In this document: piece after piece, positions 24,294 to 36,422 of the stretch
Position numbering within the stretch: the first letter of the stretch is position 1
How the letters are laid out: each line of letters opens with the position of its first letter
DNA from: Aplysia californica
Lineage: Eukaryota
Length of the DNA stretch: 64,000 nucleotides
Direction of reading: 5' to 3'
Assembly (NCBI RefSeq): GCF_000002075.1
Contig: NW_004797306.1
Location: forward strand, 355,459-419,458
The notes under the pieces: model-generated
What the model was told of the DNA's origin: nothing
Seen by the model: the letters and a program-made list of their open reading frames with translations, nothing else
Database searches by the model: none
Made by a program: the position numbers and the translations under genes

Positions 24294-25775
24294 CAGTGGA
24301 ACTCGGATTCAACAAGAACTTGGATTCAACGAGATAAGATAGATTCCCCGTTTTTTTTTTTCTTCTTTAAAATCAATAAAAATAATTCGGATTCAGCGAG
24401 CACTTAAATCAGCAAGCTCGGATTCAACGAGGTTGCATCCAGGGTGACCAGCCCCCGCAGACCTGGCTCCGCTCATTTTTCTCCCAGAACGAACTTTATT
24501 CCCGGAAACCATCTATTGCACCTGCATTGTGAAGCCGATTGCTTGCGACCAATCAGCGGCCTTTTTTCATACCAATGCATTTGTTGTTGGCACGTGCACG
24601 TGTCTGCTTTGGTGTGTGTCGCGTTCGGATTAGTGGCCTGTACACGTGTGGGGGGGGGGGGCTCTGAGAGGAGCCAGGGGACTCAGCGAGACTGATAACG
24701 GGCTGATTGGAAATCGATCAAGATCAACGGGAATACGCACTGTGGACAAATTAGGGGTGGAACGATTTGAACAAAGTGCAAGAGGATTGACTGCAAACTT
24801 CGGTTCAGTTATAGCACGGCTTGTCTGCAAACTAACACAGGCTTTCCTTTCTGCAGGAGGAGACGGCACTCCAGCTAAGTCACGTTCAAAGTGAAGCCCT
24901 CGATCCCGTAATTAGAACAATGAGGGAGGGGGGATCGACACGAATCATCACAGCAGGGGCCACATCTCGCCACAATTGTTCCGATGGAAAGGTTTGTTAG
25001 TTTGTTTGAGTAAAGAGAAGCACATCGGCAAAATAATTGTCATGTAGAGCTGGGAAAACGAAATACAGAGAGACAGAAACACCACAGGGAAAGTAAAGCA
25101 GTAGGACCTACCAGTTGTGCCCTGTAACCACCATTAAAGGAAAAAGACGCAGACAATGCATGAGCGAACACAAAATACCTTCACGAAGCAGAAATGAATA
25201 AAGGACAAAGGATGTACTAGAATGATAAAGGTAAGGGGGAGGGGACGCCGAACCGTAAAAATGCACGTTGGCATTTGAACGGGGGAAAAATACAATTACA
25301 GTGTACATAATCGCATTAACAAAGGGGGGAAAGTAACACTCGGAAAACGCAACAAACCACTCAGACTGTCATCAATAAACGTGTCCAAACGGTGGAAAAA
25401 AAATCGAGCATCCAAGAAACGGTTCAGATTCGACGCCAAAACCCAAACACTAGTCACGCACTTCCATAAAACCCACAGACTGCCTGAACCAGTTGATGCA
25501 ATCTCGCTGACATTTAGCCCAAAGCGAGGAAGCCCTTCAAGCTCTCCCCCAGATTTTCCACGACAAACAGAACAAGGTGCAAAAAGTAAACACAAAAAAA
25601 CAGTGGACACATTTTTTTGGCAGCAGATAATGGAATCACGCTGGGGTGTGTTAATCGCTAGCCGTTTTGCGAGATTTCATTTTTTTTCCCTACAGTTTTT
25701 TTTCAGGGTTCGGAAAGGAAAAAAAATGGGGGAGGGGGGTAAAAAGAAGTACTTCTACTGAATGATCATCATGCT

Positions 25776-25826
<51 letters not shown>

Positions 25827-26375
25827 AACACACACACAAACAAACACACACACACANNNNNNNNNNNNNNNNNNNNNNNNNNNNNNNNNNNNNNNNNNNN
25901 NNNNNNNNNNNNNNNNNNNNNNNNNNNNNNNNNNNNNNNNNNNNNNNNNNNNNNNNGCACTAGCGGTCCGGGAGTTGAACGTCGCAGATACAAACGCGCC
26001 ATTGTCTTTTTTCCCCCTCGGCAACTGATCATTATTACAATTAAAAGTTAGTCTTGACGTAGATCGACGTAATGAATTGTACACATGGTCTATGGATTCA
26101 AAAGTTGCCGTATGCTGCTAGGCTCTACACAGCAACCCAACTTTTGGTAAAAGATCGAGATGACACAAGCGTGTGAATTTGAAAGAATCGGTCTTTTTCA
26201 TACACAGCTCATAATATGCAGGCATTTTAGGCACTACTTTTGACTTCTCTTTATACATTACTTGCTCAGTGCCAGTAATTATCTACACAAAACCTTGTGT
26301 TTGCTATAACGAACACTCGGATTCAACGAGATTTTAGGTCAGGCCTGGCGACCTCATTGAATCCGAGTTCCACTG
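24294..26375. mobile_element. Non-autonomous pogo/Tigger-like DNA transposon (contains a gap and a (CA)n tract)
   Basis: TA|CAGTGGAACTCGGATTCAA ... TTGAATCCGAGTTCCACTG|TA; subterminal CTCGGATTCAACGAG repeats at both ends. Confidence 0.85.
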
Positions 26376-26592
26376 TATTCCTGGCCTGAGAGTGGGAGGT
26401 TGAGGGCGTCACTGGTAGGTCTTACGTTTTTTTTTGGTAATTGTTTTACGGTGCCCGAAACTGCATAAAGTCATATGAACGCACGAGACACATTGATTTT
26501 CAATTGGTGGAAATTTTTTATTTTGCCTGGGTGGCACCCGAAGCCTACTTACTCATCGATTTTTGGACCACCAAGTGATCTTTAACGTGCGC

Positions 26593-26944
26593 CACCCCCG
26601 GGGCGGTGCCACTGACTGAAGTGTCTTTAGGCCATTCCTACATGGGCTGATCGAACAATGTCATGCTAATAACTGTGCCTGAACGATAACAGGGAACTGC
26701 TGCTTTTTCTTTCCAAATCCTTATCGTCATTTTCCTCTACTTCTTTTGTATGTTTGTCACACTTTTGTGACCTGCTATTTCCGGGGTGCCTTGATAGTCA
26801 AAGCAGACTTTGTGCTGTTGAAGCTGGAGAGGTGAGCAGAGTACGTCTGATTCCCTGAAAGAACTTCTCTGTTGACATCCACCCCTTGGCGCTCATATGA
26901 CCTTATGCAGTTGCGAGCGTCGTAAAACCTCTACTAAAACTAAA
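26593..26944 (+). mobile_element. Family B ~350-400 bp short retroposon nested in the family C SINE
   Basis: Starts CCCCCGGGGCGGTGCCACTGA and ends with the shared tail; GTGCGC duplicated at 26587-26592 and 26945-26950. Confidence 0.88.
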
Positions 26945-27233
26945 GTGCGCAATATGCACACAGGTTCTCCGAGGTTTTTCGCCCTTGTCCGAGAAGATTA
27001 CCTACCAAAAGATCAGGGGTGTGGCTGAAAGGCAGCAGTAAGGAGAAGCAGTAGGAAGTCTGCAGAAAGAGTCAGGAGCCCAGAAGAGGGGGGCAAAGGA
27101 GGTGATGAGTTGGGAAATGAAAGCAGGCGACAGAACATTGCTAAAAACAGCAGGAAAGGAGGTGAAAGGAGAACATTTTAGAGAAGAACATTTTCCGTCG
27201 CTATCTGGATTTGAATCCGGGACCTATTGAATG

Positions 27234-27390
27234 GTTTTAGTAAGAGTTTTATGGCACTTGCAACACAATAAGGTCATAATATAAGTGCCGAAGATTAGAA
27301 GTGTTACAAGAGAGTAACAAACTCAAAAAAGGAGAGATAAGGAAGATAGATGTTTAATAGGAAAGAAGGAGCACCCGTCAACCACCCGCC
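27234..27390 (-). mobile_element. Family A retroposon nested in the tRNA head of the family C SINE
   Basis: Perfect 13 bp TSD GACCTATTGAATG at 27221-27233 and 27391-27403. Confidence 0.92.
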
Positions 27391-30011
27391 GACCTATTGA
27401 ATGAGAGGCGAACACCTTAATTTCTAGGCCACGAGAGCCCCTGGTCCTACTTCTGTCTTCACTTTCCCTGTTTCTGCTTCTTTTTACTCTAACCAAAAAA
27501 CCCAACACTAACTGGCCTCAGATTGCAAGTTTTTGTAATCTCTCATACCAAAGAGAAGACAGTCTAAAAGTGTATCCTCTGAAATAACCTGACTGTGTTG
27601 AAGGGATGTTGAACCCTTGCCATATAACTGCAAAACACGATGGCAATATAAAACCCCCCCCAGCCCAAGTGAAGATGAGCAAGCTGCTCCTGCTTAACTG
27701 GACTTACAACTACACAACTCGTCTTTTTTTATCAATTATCTGGGGGGAGCAGGGGGGGGGTGGTATTGTTGGCCAAAGTTTTTGAATACTTACAACTTGA
27801 AATGGGATTCGCTGGGAGAAGAGGCGCACAGCAGAACTGACACTACTAGGCCGGAGGAACCATAGTAGGTAAAGATGAAGTAAATGATAGGGAGTTATTA
27901 TTGGAGAGCGGCGCACTATTCAGTGCACGCACATAAATCATATCTGCTTCGTTATATGTAATGGAGAACTTTGACTACGAAGCCAAAAAAATTTTTANNN
28001 NNNNNNNNNNNNNNNNNNNNNNNNNNNNNNNNNNNNNNNNNNNNNNNNNNNNNNNNNNNNNNNNNNNNNNNNNNNNNNNNNNNNNNNNNNNNNNNNNCAA
28101 CTTTTGGTAAAAGATCGAGATGACACAAGCGTGTGAATTTGAAAGAATCGGTCTTTTTCATACACAGCTCATAATATGCAGGCATTTTAGGCACTACTTT
28201 TGACTTCTCTTTATACATTACTTGCTCAGTGCCAGTAATTATCTACACAAAACCTCGTGTTTGCTATAACGAACACTCGGATTCAACGAGATTTTAGGTC
28301 AGGCCCGGCGACCTCATTGAATCCGAGTTCCACTGTATTCCTGGCCTGAGAGTGGGTGGTTGAGGGCGTCACTGGTAGGTCTTACGTTTTTTTTTGGTAA
28401 TTGTTTTACGGTGCCCGAAACTGCATAAAGTCATATGAACGCACGAACACATTGATTTTCAGTTGGTGGAAATTTTTTATTTTGCCTGGATGGCGCCCGA
28501 AGCCTACTTACTCATCGATTTTTGGACCACCAAGGGATCTTTAACGTGCGCCACCCCCGGGGCGGTGCCACTGACTGAAGTGTCTTAAGGCCATTCCTAA
28601 ATGGGCTGATCGAACAATGTCATGCTAATAACTGTGCCTGAACGATAACAGGGAACTGCTGCTTTTTCTTTCCAAATCCTTATTATCGTCATTTTCCTCT
28701 ACTTCTTTTGTATGTTTGTCACACTTTTGTGACCTGCTATTTCCGGGGTGCCTTGATAGTCAAAGCAGACTTTGTGCTGTTGAAGCTGGAGAGGTGAGCA
28801 GAGTACGTCTGATTCCCTGAAAGGACTTCTCTGTTGACATCCACCCCTTGGCGCTCATATGACCTTATGCAGTTGCGAGCGTTGTAAAACCTCTACTAAA
28901 ACTAAAGTGCGCAATATGCACACAGGTTTTCCGAGGTTTTTCGCCCTTGTCCGAGAAGATTACCTACCAAAAGATCAGGGGTGTGGCTGAAAGGCAGCAG
29001 TAAGGAGAAGCAGTAGGAAGTCTGCAGAAAGAGTCAGGAGCCCAGAAGAGGGGGGCAAAGGAGGTGATGAGTTGGGAAATGAAAGCAGGCGACAGAACAT
29101 TGCTAAAAACAGCAGGAAAGGAGGTGAAAGGAGAACATTTTAGAGAAGAACATTTTCCGTCGCTATCTGGATTTGAATCCGGGACCTATTGAATGGTTTT
29201 AGTAAGAGTTTTATGGCACTTGCAACACAATAAGGTCATAATATAAGTGCCGAAGATTAGAAGTGTTACAAGAGAGTAACAAACTCAAAAAAGGAGAGAT
29301 AAGGAAGATAGATGTTTAATAGGAAAGAAGGAGCACCCGTCAACCACCCGCCGACCTGTTGAATGAGAGGCGAACACCTTAATTTCTAGGCCACGAGAGC
29401 CCCTGGTCCTACTTCTGTCTTCACTTTCCCCGTTTCTGCTTCTTTTTACTCTAACCAAAAAACCCAACACTAACTGGCCTCAGATTGCAAGTTTTTGTAA
29501 TCTCTCATACCAAAGAGAAGACAGTCTAAAAGTGTATCCTCTGAAATAACCTGACTGTGTTGAAGGGATGTTGAACCCTTGCCATATAACTGCAAAACAC
29601 GATGGCAATATAAAAAAAACCCAGCCCAAGTGAAGATGAGCAAGCTGCTCCTGCTTAACTGGACTTACAACTACACAACTCGTCTTTACAAATCAATTAT
29701 CTTTTAAAAGCAGCAGCTGGTGGTAACAGTTGGCCAAAGTTTTTGAATACTTAAAACTTGAAGTGGGATTCGCTGGGAGAAGAGGCGCACAGCAGAACTG
29801 ACACTACTAGGTCAGATGAATCCATAGAAGGCAAAAGCAAGAATTTTAATGATAGAAAAGTTAGAATAGAAAACGGCGCACTATTCAGTGCGAGGCACAT
29901 AAATCATATCTGCATCGATAAAACTCATTGATGGATCTTGGATTTTGAAGCGCACACAACTCTTAAATCCTGAATTTATGAAGGTTTTTTTCTCAAACTG
30001 CACCCTTCAGT

Positions 30012-30175
30012 GTGTGGCTGGCAGGTTCTTTGGTGTGGTTTGCTCTGTTTTTTCTATCAAACATCTATCATCCTTATAGAATATATCCTTTTTGTGATGG
30101 TAACTCTCTTGTAACACATTTAATCTTTGGCACTTATATGACATTGTGTTAGAAGGGCTGTAAAATTTACTAAAA
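30012..30175 (+). mobile_element. Family A retroposon, diverged
   Basis: GTGGCTGGCAGGTTCTTTGGTGTGGTTTGCTC...CTTATATGACATTG...GTAAAATTTACTAAAA. Confidence 0.75.
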
Positions 30176-30575
30176 CATATAAAACAAAGCACCTTTCTAA
30201 ATTGTTGCTTTATATAAATCATAAATTTTCCACCTGTCACAGTTGCGTCATAGATGAACCACTACCATACTTTCTTCCCACATCTATGATACAAGTTACA
30301 TGGCTCAAGGATCAAACTGAGGTCGTATAGTCATCCACATTTGCAATATCTATTCGGAGCTATAAGACCAGATTCAATGAGCGACAAGTGACTTACACTA
30401 CAGGACCAGGCTATGAAACAAGAGTATGACCGTGTGGTGCAACTATTAATATACCCCCCCAAAAAAAAAAGTCAAAGGGGATCACGTTGTGCACAAAAAT
30501 TGGCAAAAGGAAATCTTCAATATCATCTAGTCACTGCAACACAAAACAGTATATGGACGATAGAAATTTGATTTT

Positions 30576-30581
30576 TTTATT
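30576..30581 (-). terminator. Candidate SPO11 polyadenylation signal AATAAA
   Basis: TTTATT on the + strand, ~325 nt past the SPO11 stop. Confidence 0.55.
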
Positions 30582-30905
30582 GAAATTCAAAACAGTGAAA
30601 GTTGAAAACGTTTACAGATTTTAGCATCTCTTTGGTGGCTTCTTTTGACCTGTACAAAAGGTTACTTTCCACTCTACCCCTTGTTTTTTTTACTATTATA
30701 ATGATGTTTTCTTAGACCTCTGCCTGTCTCTCACAACCACTTTCTTAAAATCGACAATGAGTGGCCATCTTGGACAATTCCGACTGTATTTCCTAACATC
30801 TATTTAAAGCAGCAAAAGTGTTAAAGTTACTCAGTTCCGTTAGGAATGTCTGCAACCAGTAAATTTCTCATGATCATAAAAGTCAAAAGTCATCCGATGT
30901 CAACC

Positions 30906-31034
30906 TCAAAGGGTCTGAGTGGGCAGCATGAGCTGTATGCGCGAGGGCAGGTACACATCACACAGGTACAGCGAGGAGATAGCATCCAGGCACTGAATCT
31001 CCGCCTTCTTTCCACTCTGAAGCATCAGATCAAT
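30906..31034 (-). CDS. SPO11: SPO11 coding exon 11 (last)
   Basis: ctttcag|ATT; IDLMLQSGKKAEIQCLDAISSLYLCDVYLPSRIQLMLPTQTL*; KAEIQ and VYLP motifs. Confidence 0.95.
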   Translation of the reverse strand: MDLMLQSGKKAEIQCLDAISSLYLCDVYLPSRIQLMLPTQTL

Positions 31035-31429
31035 CTGAAAGACAATACTTCCTAAAATAATCTGGAATATTACTGAAAATAAGGGTAAAAAGATACTTAT
31101 TTGTCTTGAAGTGCAGCTGAAGAAAAAACCAAACAAAACCCAATGACATGATCAACATGAAGTGCCATATATATCTGAAGCAGATGTCAACTATACAATT
31201 CATTTTTTTTTTGCTTCAGTGCTCTAAAACAACCTATTTATATTGTCCTAGTCATTCTCCATTATTTGTTTGTTNNNNNNNNNNNNNNNNNNNNNNNNNN
31301 NNNNNNNNNNNNNNNNNNNNNNNNNNNNNNNNNNNNNNNNNNNNNNNNNNNNNNNNNNNNNNNNNNNNNNNNNNNNNNNNNNNNNNNNNNNNNNNNNNNN
31401 NNNNNATCATAAAAAATAATATTTGTATA

Positions 31430-32291
31430 CAGTAGTCTCCGCCTAAACGCACGCCATACAAAAGCATGCTCCGCTCAAACGCACGCTTTCGTCATCTGAC
31501 GGGTTTTTTACTATATAATTTAGAGTCACTCCCTCTAAACGCACGCTCCGATCCGTGAAACACGCCGACAAGTTAAGTTTGGCAAGGGGAAATTTCCACT
31601 ACAACCTGTACAGCCTGCATAAGACAAGCCTAGAATTTACTAGAAAACCGGATATTTGGTGAGAGTGCCCCTCACGCCGTACAAAGAGAGTGATGGACAG
31701 CGTTTATACACACCCTACTTTCCACTGACGCACAGGTCTTGGTCTAGGGCTGGTCGGTTAAATGTGTGTGTGTGTGTGGGGGGGGGGGGGGACTGAAATG
31801 TTTTTTGGATTGGTCACTGGAAATGTATCTTTGATAGAAGGTTTCTGGCTGATGTTTGAGTTTGAGTGACTGCATGTAATGTTTAGTTTGATCTAGGCCT
31901 GATGCGCGACAAGCGTAAATGCCGTAAAACACTAGACAGGCCTCTATAGGATTAAAGATTAGCCAAATAAGCCTAATAAGCTGCGCTCGAAGAACTTATA
32001 ACGTACTTGTTCAACGAATCACAAGAGAAAATGTTTCTCGAGGATGATTCTGCATGAATTTACGGTCGGGAGTGGTCGCTTTGAAAGCCACGTGGCTGGT
32101 CCGTCGTCTCTATGACTATGAATGACCAACAGTTTCCTCCTAGGCTTTCTCTGTTACTGACGTTTATAGTGCATATTCATTACTTTGAGTTTGTCTTTCT
32201 CCCCTTGCAAAGGTTCATGTAAACGCACGATCCGTATACACACACGCTAAGGAGCCCTCCCGAGCACCGCGCGTTTAGGCGGAGACTACTG
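31430..32291. mobile_element. TA-flanked Tc1/pogo-type MITE
   Basis: TA|CAGTAGTCTCCGCCTAAACGC ... GCGTTTAGGCGGAGACTACTG|TA, perfect 21 bp TIRs. Confidence 0.92.
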
Positions 32292-32312
32292 TAGTGCATA
32301 TCCCTGCTCTGA

Positions 32313-32494
32313 GGGTGGTTGGCGGGTGCTCTGGTGTGGTTTGCTTCTTCTTTCCTATCAAACATCTATCGTCCTTATCTCCCCTCCTTTTTTATGTTTG
32401 TTACTCTCTTGTGACACCTCTAATCTTTTGGCGCTCATATGACCTTATGCAGTTGCAAGCGCCGTAAAACCTCTACTATAACTAAAAACTAAAA
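32313..32494 (+). mobile_element. Family A retroposon, near-consensus copy
   Basis: Full 5' end and tail; ATCCCTGCT / ATCTCTGCT flanks. Confidence 0.88.
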
Positions 32495-32509
32495 ATCTCT
32501 GCTAAACAG

Positions 32510-32790
32510 CAGGCTCTGTGCACTTTACAATTTATGTTATTACCCCAAGTACCCATAAGAACATTCAGAAACATTCTCAGCTTCCCGGGAAGCATACGGT
32601 GCTTGCAGCTGATTTAGCGCCCAAACACTAACAAACTAAGATCTTTTGCTGTCTATAGCGAGGTACCTATTCCCACCTGGGTGAAGTAAGGACACTTCCT
32701 GTTATTAAATTGCCTCTCTCAGGGACACAATGCCAGGCTTCTGACTTAAGTTGTGAGCCTAACAGCTTAAATATCCACTAAATCACCAAC
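32510..32790 (-). mobile_element. Family D SINE fragment (other fragments ~35905-36110 on -, ~37835-37912 on +)
   Basis: GGTACCTATTCCCACCTGGGTGAAGTAAGG and CAGCTTCCCGGGAAGCATAC shared with 5880-6208 and 46321-46665. Confidence 0.7.
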
Positions 32791-33500
32791 ACTACGATAG
32801 TAATGATAAAAATTCACATGACACAGAAATAATTTCTAAAGAAATATCACCTTGTTGTTGACAACTTCTAAACCCAGAGAGAACTGAAACAAACATTTTA
32901 CGCCATGCTGTTTTTATGTGCACTTACGTTTAGCTTTCACTCACAAAAAGTAAGCATGAGTGAAACCAGAATCTGAAAGTGATCAAAACAATTTTACAAC
33001 CACTCAACCGTTTGAGCTGCTTGAAGGGCAAGCTAATTTCTGTCTGATGTAGGGTAGCTGATTTAAGAATATGTTCAATATTGAACGTATAAACAAGTTT
33101 ACTAAATCTTTCAAAAAAGAGATTCTGTCTTCTTTCAAAAAGTCTGAGCTCATATAATCCTATATGGCAAGGTGTGAGTTTCCCTGTTACTAGTTTGATC
33201 ATACTGATAGATTAGATGTGAAGCTCTGGATTATGGTGAAGAAAATCTGGGATTATATCTGAGCTTCTGATATCTGAAGACTTCCTTTTTTGTTCGTGGA
33301 CAAGAATAAAAATTCACGCTTCTTCACTTTTGATGAGTTTATGTGTTGGTGTCTGAACTAGCCTAAAAGTGTTCAACAAATGTCATTCTCTACCCAACTC
33401 TTGTCTTCAAACAATTAAAGTAAGCCATGTGATTTTTAAAGAAAGATTAAAAACGTTTTTCAGACATTTTTGTTTGTTCTTTAATTTAAGGGTTTCTTAC

Positions 33501-33612
33501 TTGTGAAAGTATGTCCACATCATGTTTGAAGTAGGGCCTTTTCTTGAGAGCTTGAGCTTTCTTGAAGTCTCCCTCTGACAATGGTATCAAAGAAGTCTCT
33601 GGTATGCTGTAC
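33501..33612 (-). CDS. SPO11: SPO11 coding exon 10
   Basis: atttcag|G; (R)YSIPETSLIPLSEGDFKKAQALKKRPYFKHDVDILSQ|gtaag; 112 nt. Confidence 0.93.
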
Positions 33613-33862
33613 CTGAAATGTAGACACTGCACATGTCAAGTCATACAAAAAAAACTATGAAAATGATACTTCAAATAATGTTGGGGCTTGTAAACACAAG
33701 AATGCAGAAAAGTCCAGCTCTATTTTACATGTCTAGCTTTCCATTTAAAAATTATGGTTGAATTTGTGCCTCTGTTGTTGATTCTTCTGATTTATTGTGG
33801 TGATTTCCAGCACAATGAATTTGTGTAGAAACTGTAGCCACGCATGAATTAATGAAATGCAT

Positions 33863-34046
33863 TTAGTTTTAGTAAGAGTTTTACTGCACATGCAACTCAA
33901 TAGGGTCATATAAGTGCTGAATATTAGAAGTATTACAAGAGAGTAACAAACACAAAAAAGAAGGGAGGAGGGAAAAGGACGAGAGATGTTTGATAGTGAT
34001 AGGAAAGAAGGAGCAAACCACACCAGAGCACTCGCCAACCACCTAC
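33863..34046 (-). mobile_element. Family A retroposon
   Basis: TSD AATG(A/T)AATGCAT at 33851-33862 and 34047-34058. Confidence 0.88.
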
Positions 34047-34199
34047 AATGTAATGCATGGTTTTCCCAGGACACCACATATATTTCTACCCTCCACAACA
34101 TGACAATGGATCCAGCTGCATTTACTTACAGTCTACTACATCAACAGCAAGAACAATACCAACAAGGACCTTGTAAGTTCTGAAGAAACAAAACTTTAC

Positions 34200-34276
34200 C
34201 TCTGAATATCCTCTGGCCATATTCCAAGCCACTGTATAGCTGGCACAGCCAAATGACGACTTTCAAATGCTTGGTT
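34200..34276 (-). CDS. SPO11: SPO11 coding exon 9
   Basis: tctcag|NQAFESRHLAVPAIQWLGIWPEDIQ(R)|gtaaag; 77 nt; WLG motif. Confidence 0.95.
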
Positions 34277-34801
34277 CTGAGAAAGAAAAATAGAAAATTA
34301 TTGCTGCTAAAATGTAGTTATGAAAAGTCAACATAATGACATCAGTCACATTATGCCCGGAACGGATATTTGATTTTGTTAGAATAAAAAGAAACACATC
34401 GACACAGCTTATTTAGTGCAGGGAAAAAGCAAGACAAGATGGAAAGGAGCAATAGAGGGAAAGATAAGAAATAGCAATGCCCCCCCCCCCCCAGCCCACT
34501 GCATACTAGCAGAAAGTGCAACCCCTCCCAAAGAGAATACCCTACAAGAATAATGTTCGTCCTTACATATCCGCATGGCTCTCCTTCTCTGATCTTACCC
34601 TCGCGCTAAGTGCTACATTTTTTAAAAAGAAGCCCCTTCATCTAGAAAAGCATTAAGCTTAGACAAACAGAAAGCAACATCTCAAACTAATCTGGCATAG
34701 ATGTGAAGAAGGGTGTGAAATACAGATTGACTGAAAAAAAAATAAAATTTAGTAACAAAAATTAGAATGAAACAACAGAGAAATTTTTGAAAAGGCATTA
34801 C

Positions 34802-34939
34802 CCGAGAGCCGTACTTGTAGACGGCCATGATTTCCAGCCCGTGGGGATCTGCATCAACCAAGGCAAACATTGGTAGCTGGTGCTGACACCACAGCTTCCG
34901 CAGCAAGAGGCGAGTGCCAATGTCAGGAAAACCTTTGCC
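34802..34939 (-). CDS. SPO11: SPO11 coding exon 8 (TOPRIM DxD)
   Basis: tttcag|GKGFPDIGTRLLLRKLW...LVDADPHGLEIMAVYKYGSR|gtaatg; 138 nt. Confidence 0.97.
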
Positions 34940-35708
34940 CTGAAACCCATTGTTGAATAGGTACTAGATCTGATTCGACTTGCCATGATGAGGGAACAAA
35001 AGCAGACAACGGCCAAAACAGCTGATCGGTTGGGAGGGGGGAAGTAGTGAGAGTAATCTCCCCTGCTTTATTGGAATTTACAAAACAATCCACAACTAAT
35101 TACCGAAACGTAACAATAACATGAATGATCATAAGATCACAAGTTCAACACCCATCAAACTTTCTAGTTTGGTCATGTTTCCAGAGTCAAACCCCTCCCC
35201 CACACCTTGGGACACAGACACCACTTTGTAATGCATCTAGGGTCTATTTCTTTGTTTGACAAGATAAAGTAGAATAAAAGTAAATGATTTTACAAGTAGC
35301 TCAATAACTGTGCATGTAAAAACTGGGTATTTTTAGTGGTTTTCATTAAGATTTAATTTATTCCCCACAATGTGCTATGACGTAAAAGTTGATACCATCA
35401 CAATGTTTGAGTAAAGAGAAGCATATCCACACAATAATGGTCATTGAGAGCTAAGAAAAAGAACAGGTAGAAACAGCCTAAGGAACCCCCCCCCCCGTAA
35501 GGTCAACAAGTGAAGTCCTACAATCACTCGGTTAATATGATTATAGTCAAGAGGAAAAAACCAGTAAAGATCATTACAATAGTCACACAAGTACTAGTAA
35601 TTTCCATCTATCTTTACTCACTTATTTGTTCACCAACATTTATTTATCACATGTATTTTTTCTCACTCAAGAAGAAAATCAAGACATCTCAATTTCCTGT
35701 TGTAAGTA

Positions 35709-35874
35709 CAGTTGAACTTGCACGAATGACCACCAGTCCAAGAAAGTTCCCTGTATAAAGGACCACTACTCACTTCTCTCTTGCATGTCTTAGCCATCAT
35801 ACTGATACTGTTCAAGACTAAGACAACCATTTTCTTCCTTGACAATAGGTGGCCGTCCTGGACAATTTTAACTG
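35709..35874. mobile_element. Small TA-flanked MITE (family of 15723-15865)
   Basis: TA|CAGTTGAACTTG...GGTGGCCGTCCTGGACAATTTTAACTG|TA. Confidence 0.75.
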
Positions 35875-36312
35875 TAAAAACATATCTACAACACACTTAA
35901 TAAAAATAATAATAATAAATAGCATTTCTATAGTGCATTACCTCGCTCTACAGTAAGCTCTATGCATTTTACACTATATTATTATTACCCCAGCAGACCA
36001 TAGAACACTCAGAAACAGTCTCAGCTTCCCGGGAAGCATACACTACAACCTAACACTAACACACTGACAAGATCTTTCATTGTCGTATATATACATAGCT
36101 GGGTACTTATCAGGAAAGATGGCATTTTTCAGCATATTTGTGTAAAACTATATAGAGATTCATCTTTCTTTGCAAACACTGAGAACAGACATTTTTGTTT
36201 GAAGAAAGTGATGCGAGCATTTCAGGAAGACACATGCAGCTGCTGAAAGAATAAAAACTTGGAACTACAAAACAAATTTCTGTTTCCACCAGGAAACCAA
36301 ATTGTAACTTAC

Positions 36313-36422
36313 TGTGATCAGAATGGACTGTTTCATCTTTTCGCAAAACTTGCTGGTCATCAGATTCTGAAAAGTCGCATCTTTTTCTACAATTAGGACA
36401 AACCTGGCTTGGGTTTGGATAT
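36313..36422 (-). CDS. SPO11: SPO11 coding exon 7 (TOPRIM Glu)
   Basis: ttccag|(N)IQTQARFVLIVEKDATFQNLMTSKFCEKMKQSILIT|gtaagt; 110 nt. Confidence 0.96.

Larger units (their letters stand above)
26425..27441 (-). mobile_element. tRNA(Glu-like)-headed Nin/Deu-domain SINE (family C) interrupted by a family B and a family A insertion
   Basis: Head GGGGCTCTCGTGGCCTAGAAATTAAGG...CTCTCA...GGATTCAAATCC; central CTTCTCGGACAAGGGCGAAAAACC...GCACGTTAAAGATC resembles the Nin/Deu domain; tail CATATGACTTTATGCAGTTTCGGGCACCGTAAAAC. Confidence 0.8.
26138..29955. repeat. ~1.85 kb near-identical tandem duplication (26138-27997 / 28098-~29955) across a 100-N gap; probable haplotig artefact
   Basis: The second copy begins exactly at the gap edge; scattered SNPs and small indels; the first copy degrades into homopolymer-like errors before the gap. 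Confidence 0.85.

Noticed and set aside
27323-29470. Two near-identical 61 aa ORFs suggesting a duplicated small gene
   Set aside because: They are translations of SINE sequence within the probable haplotig duplication.
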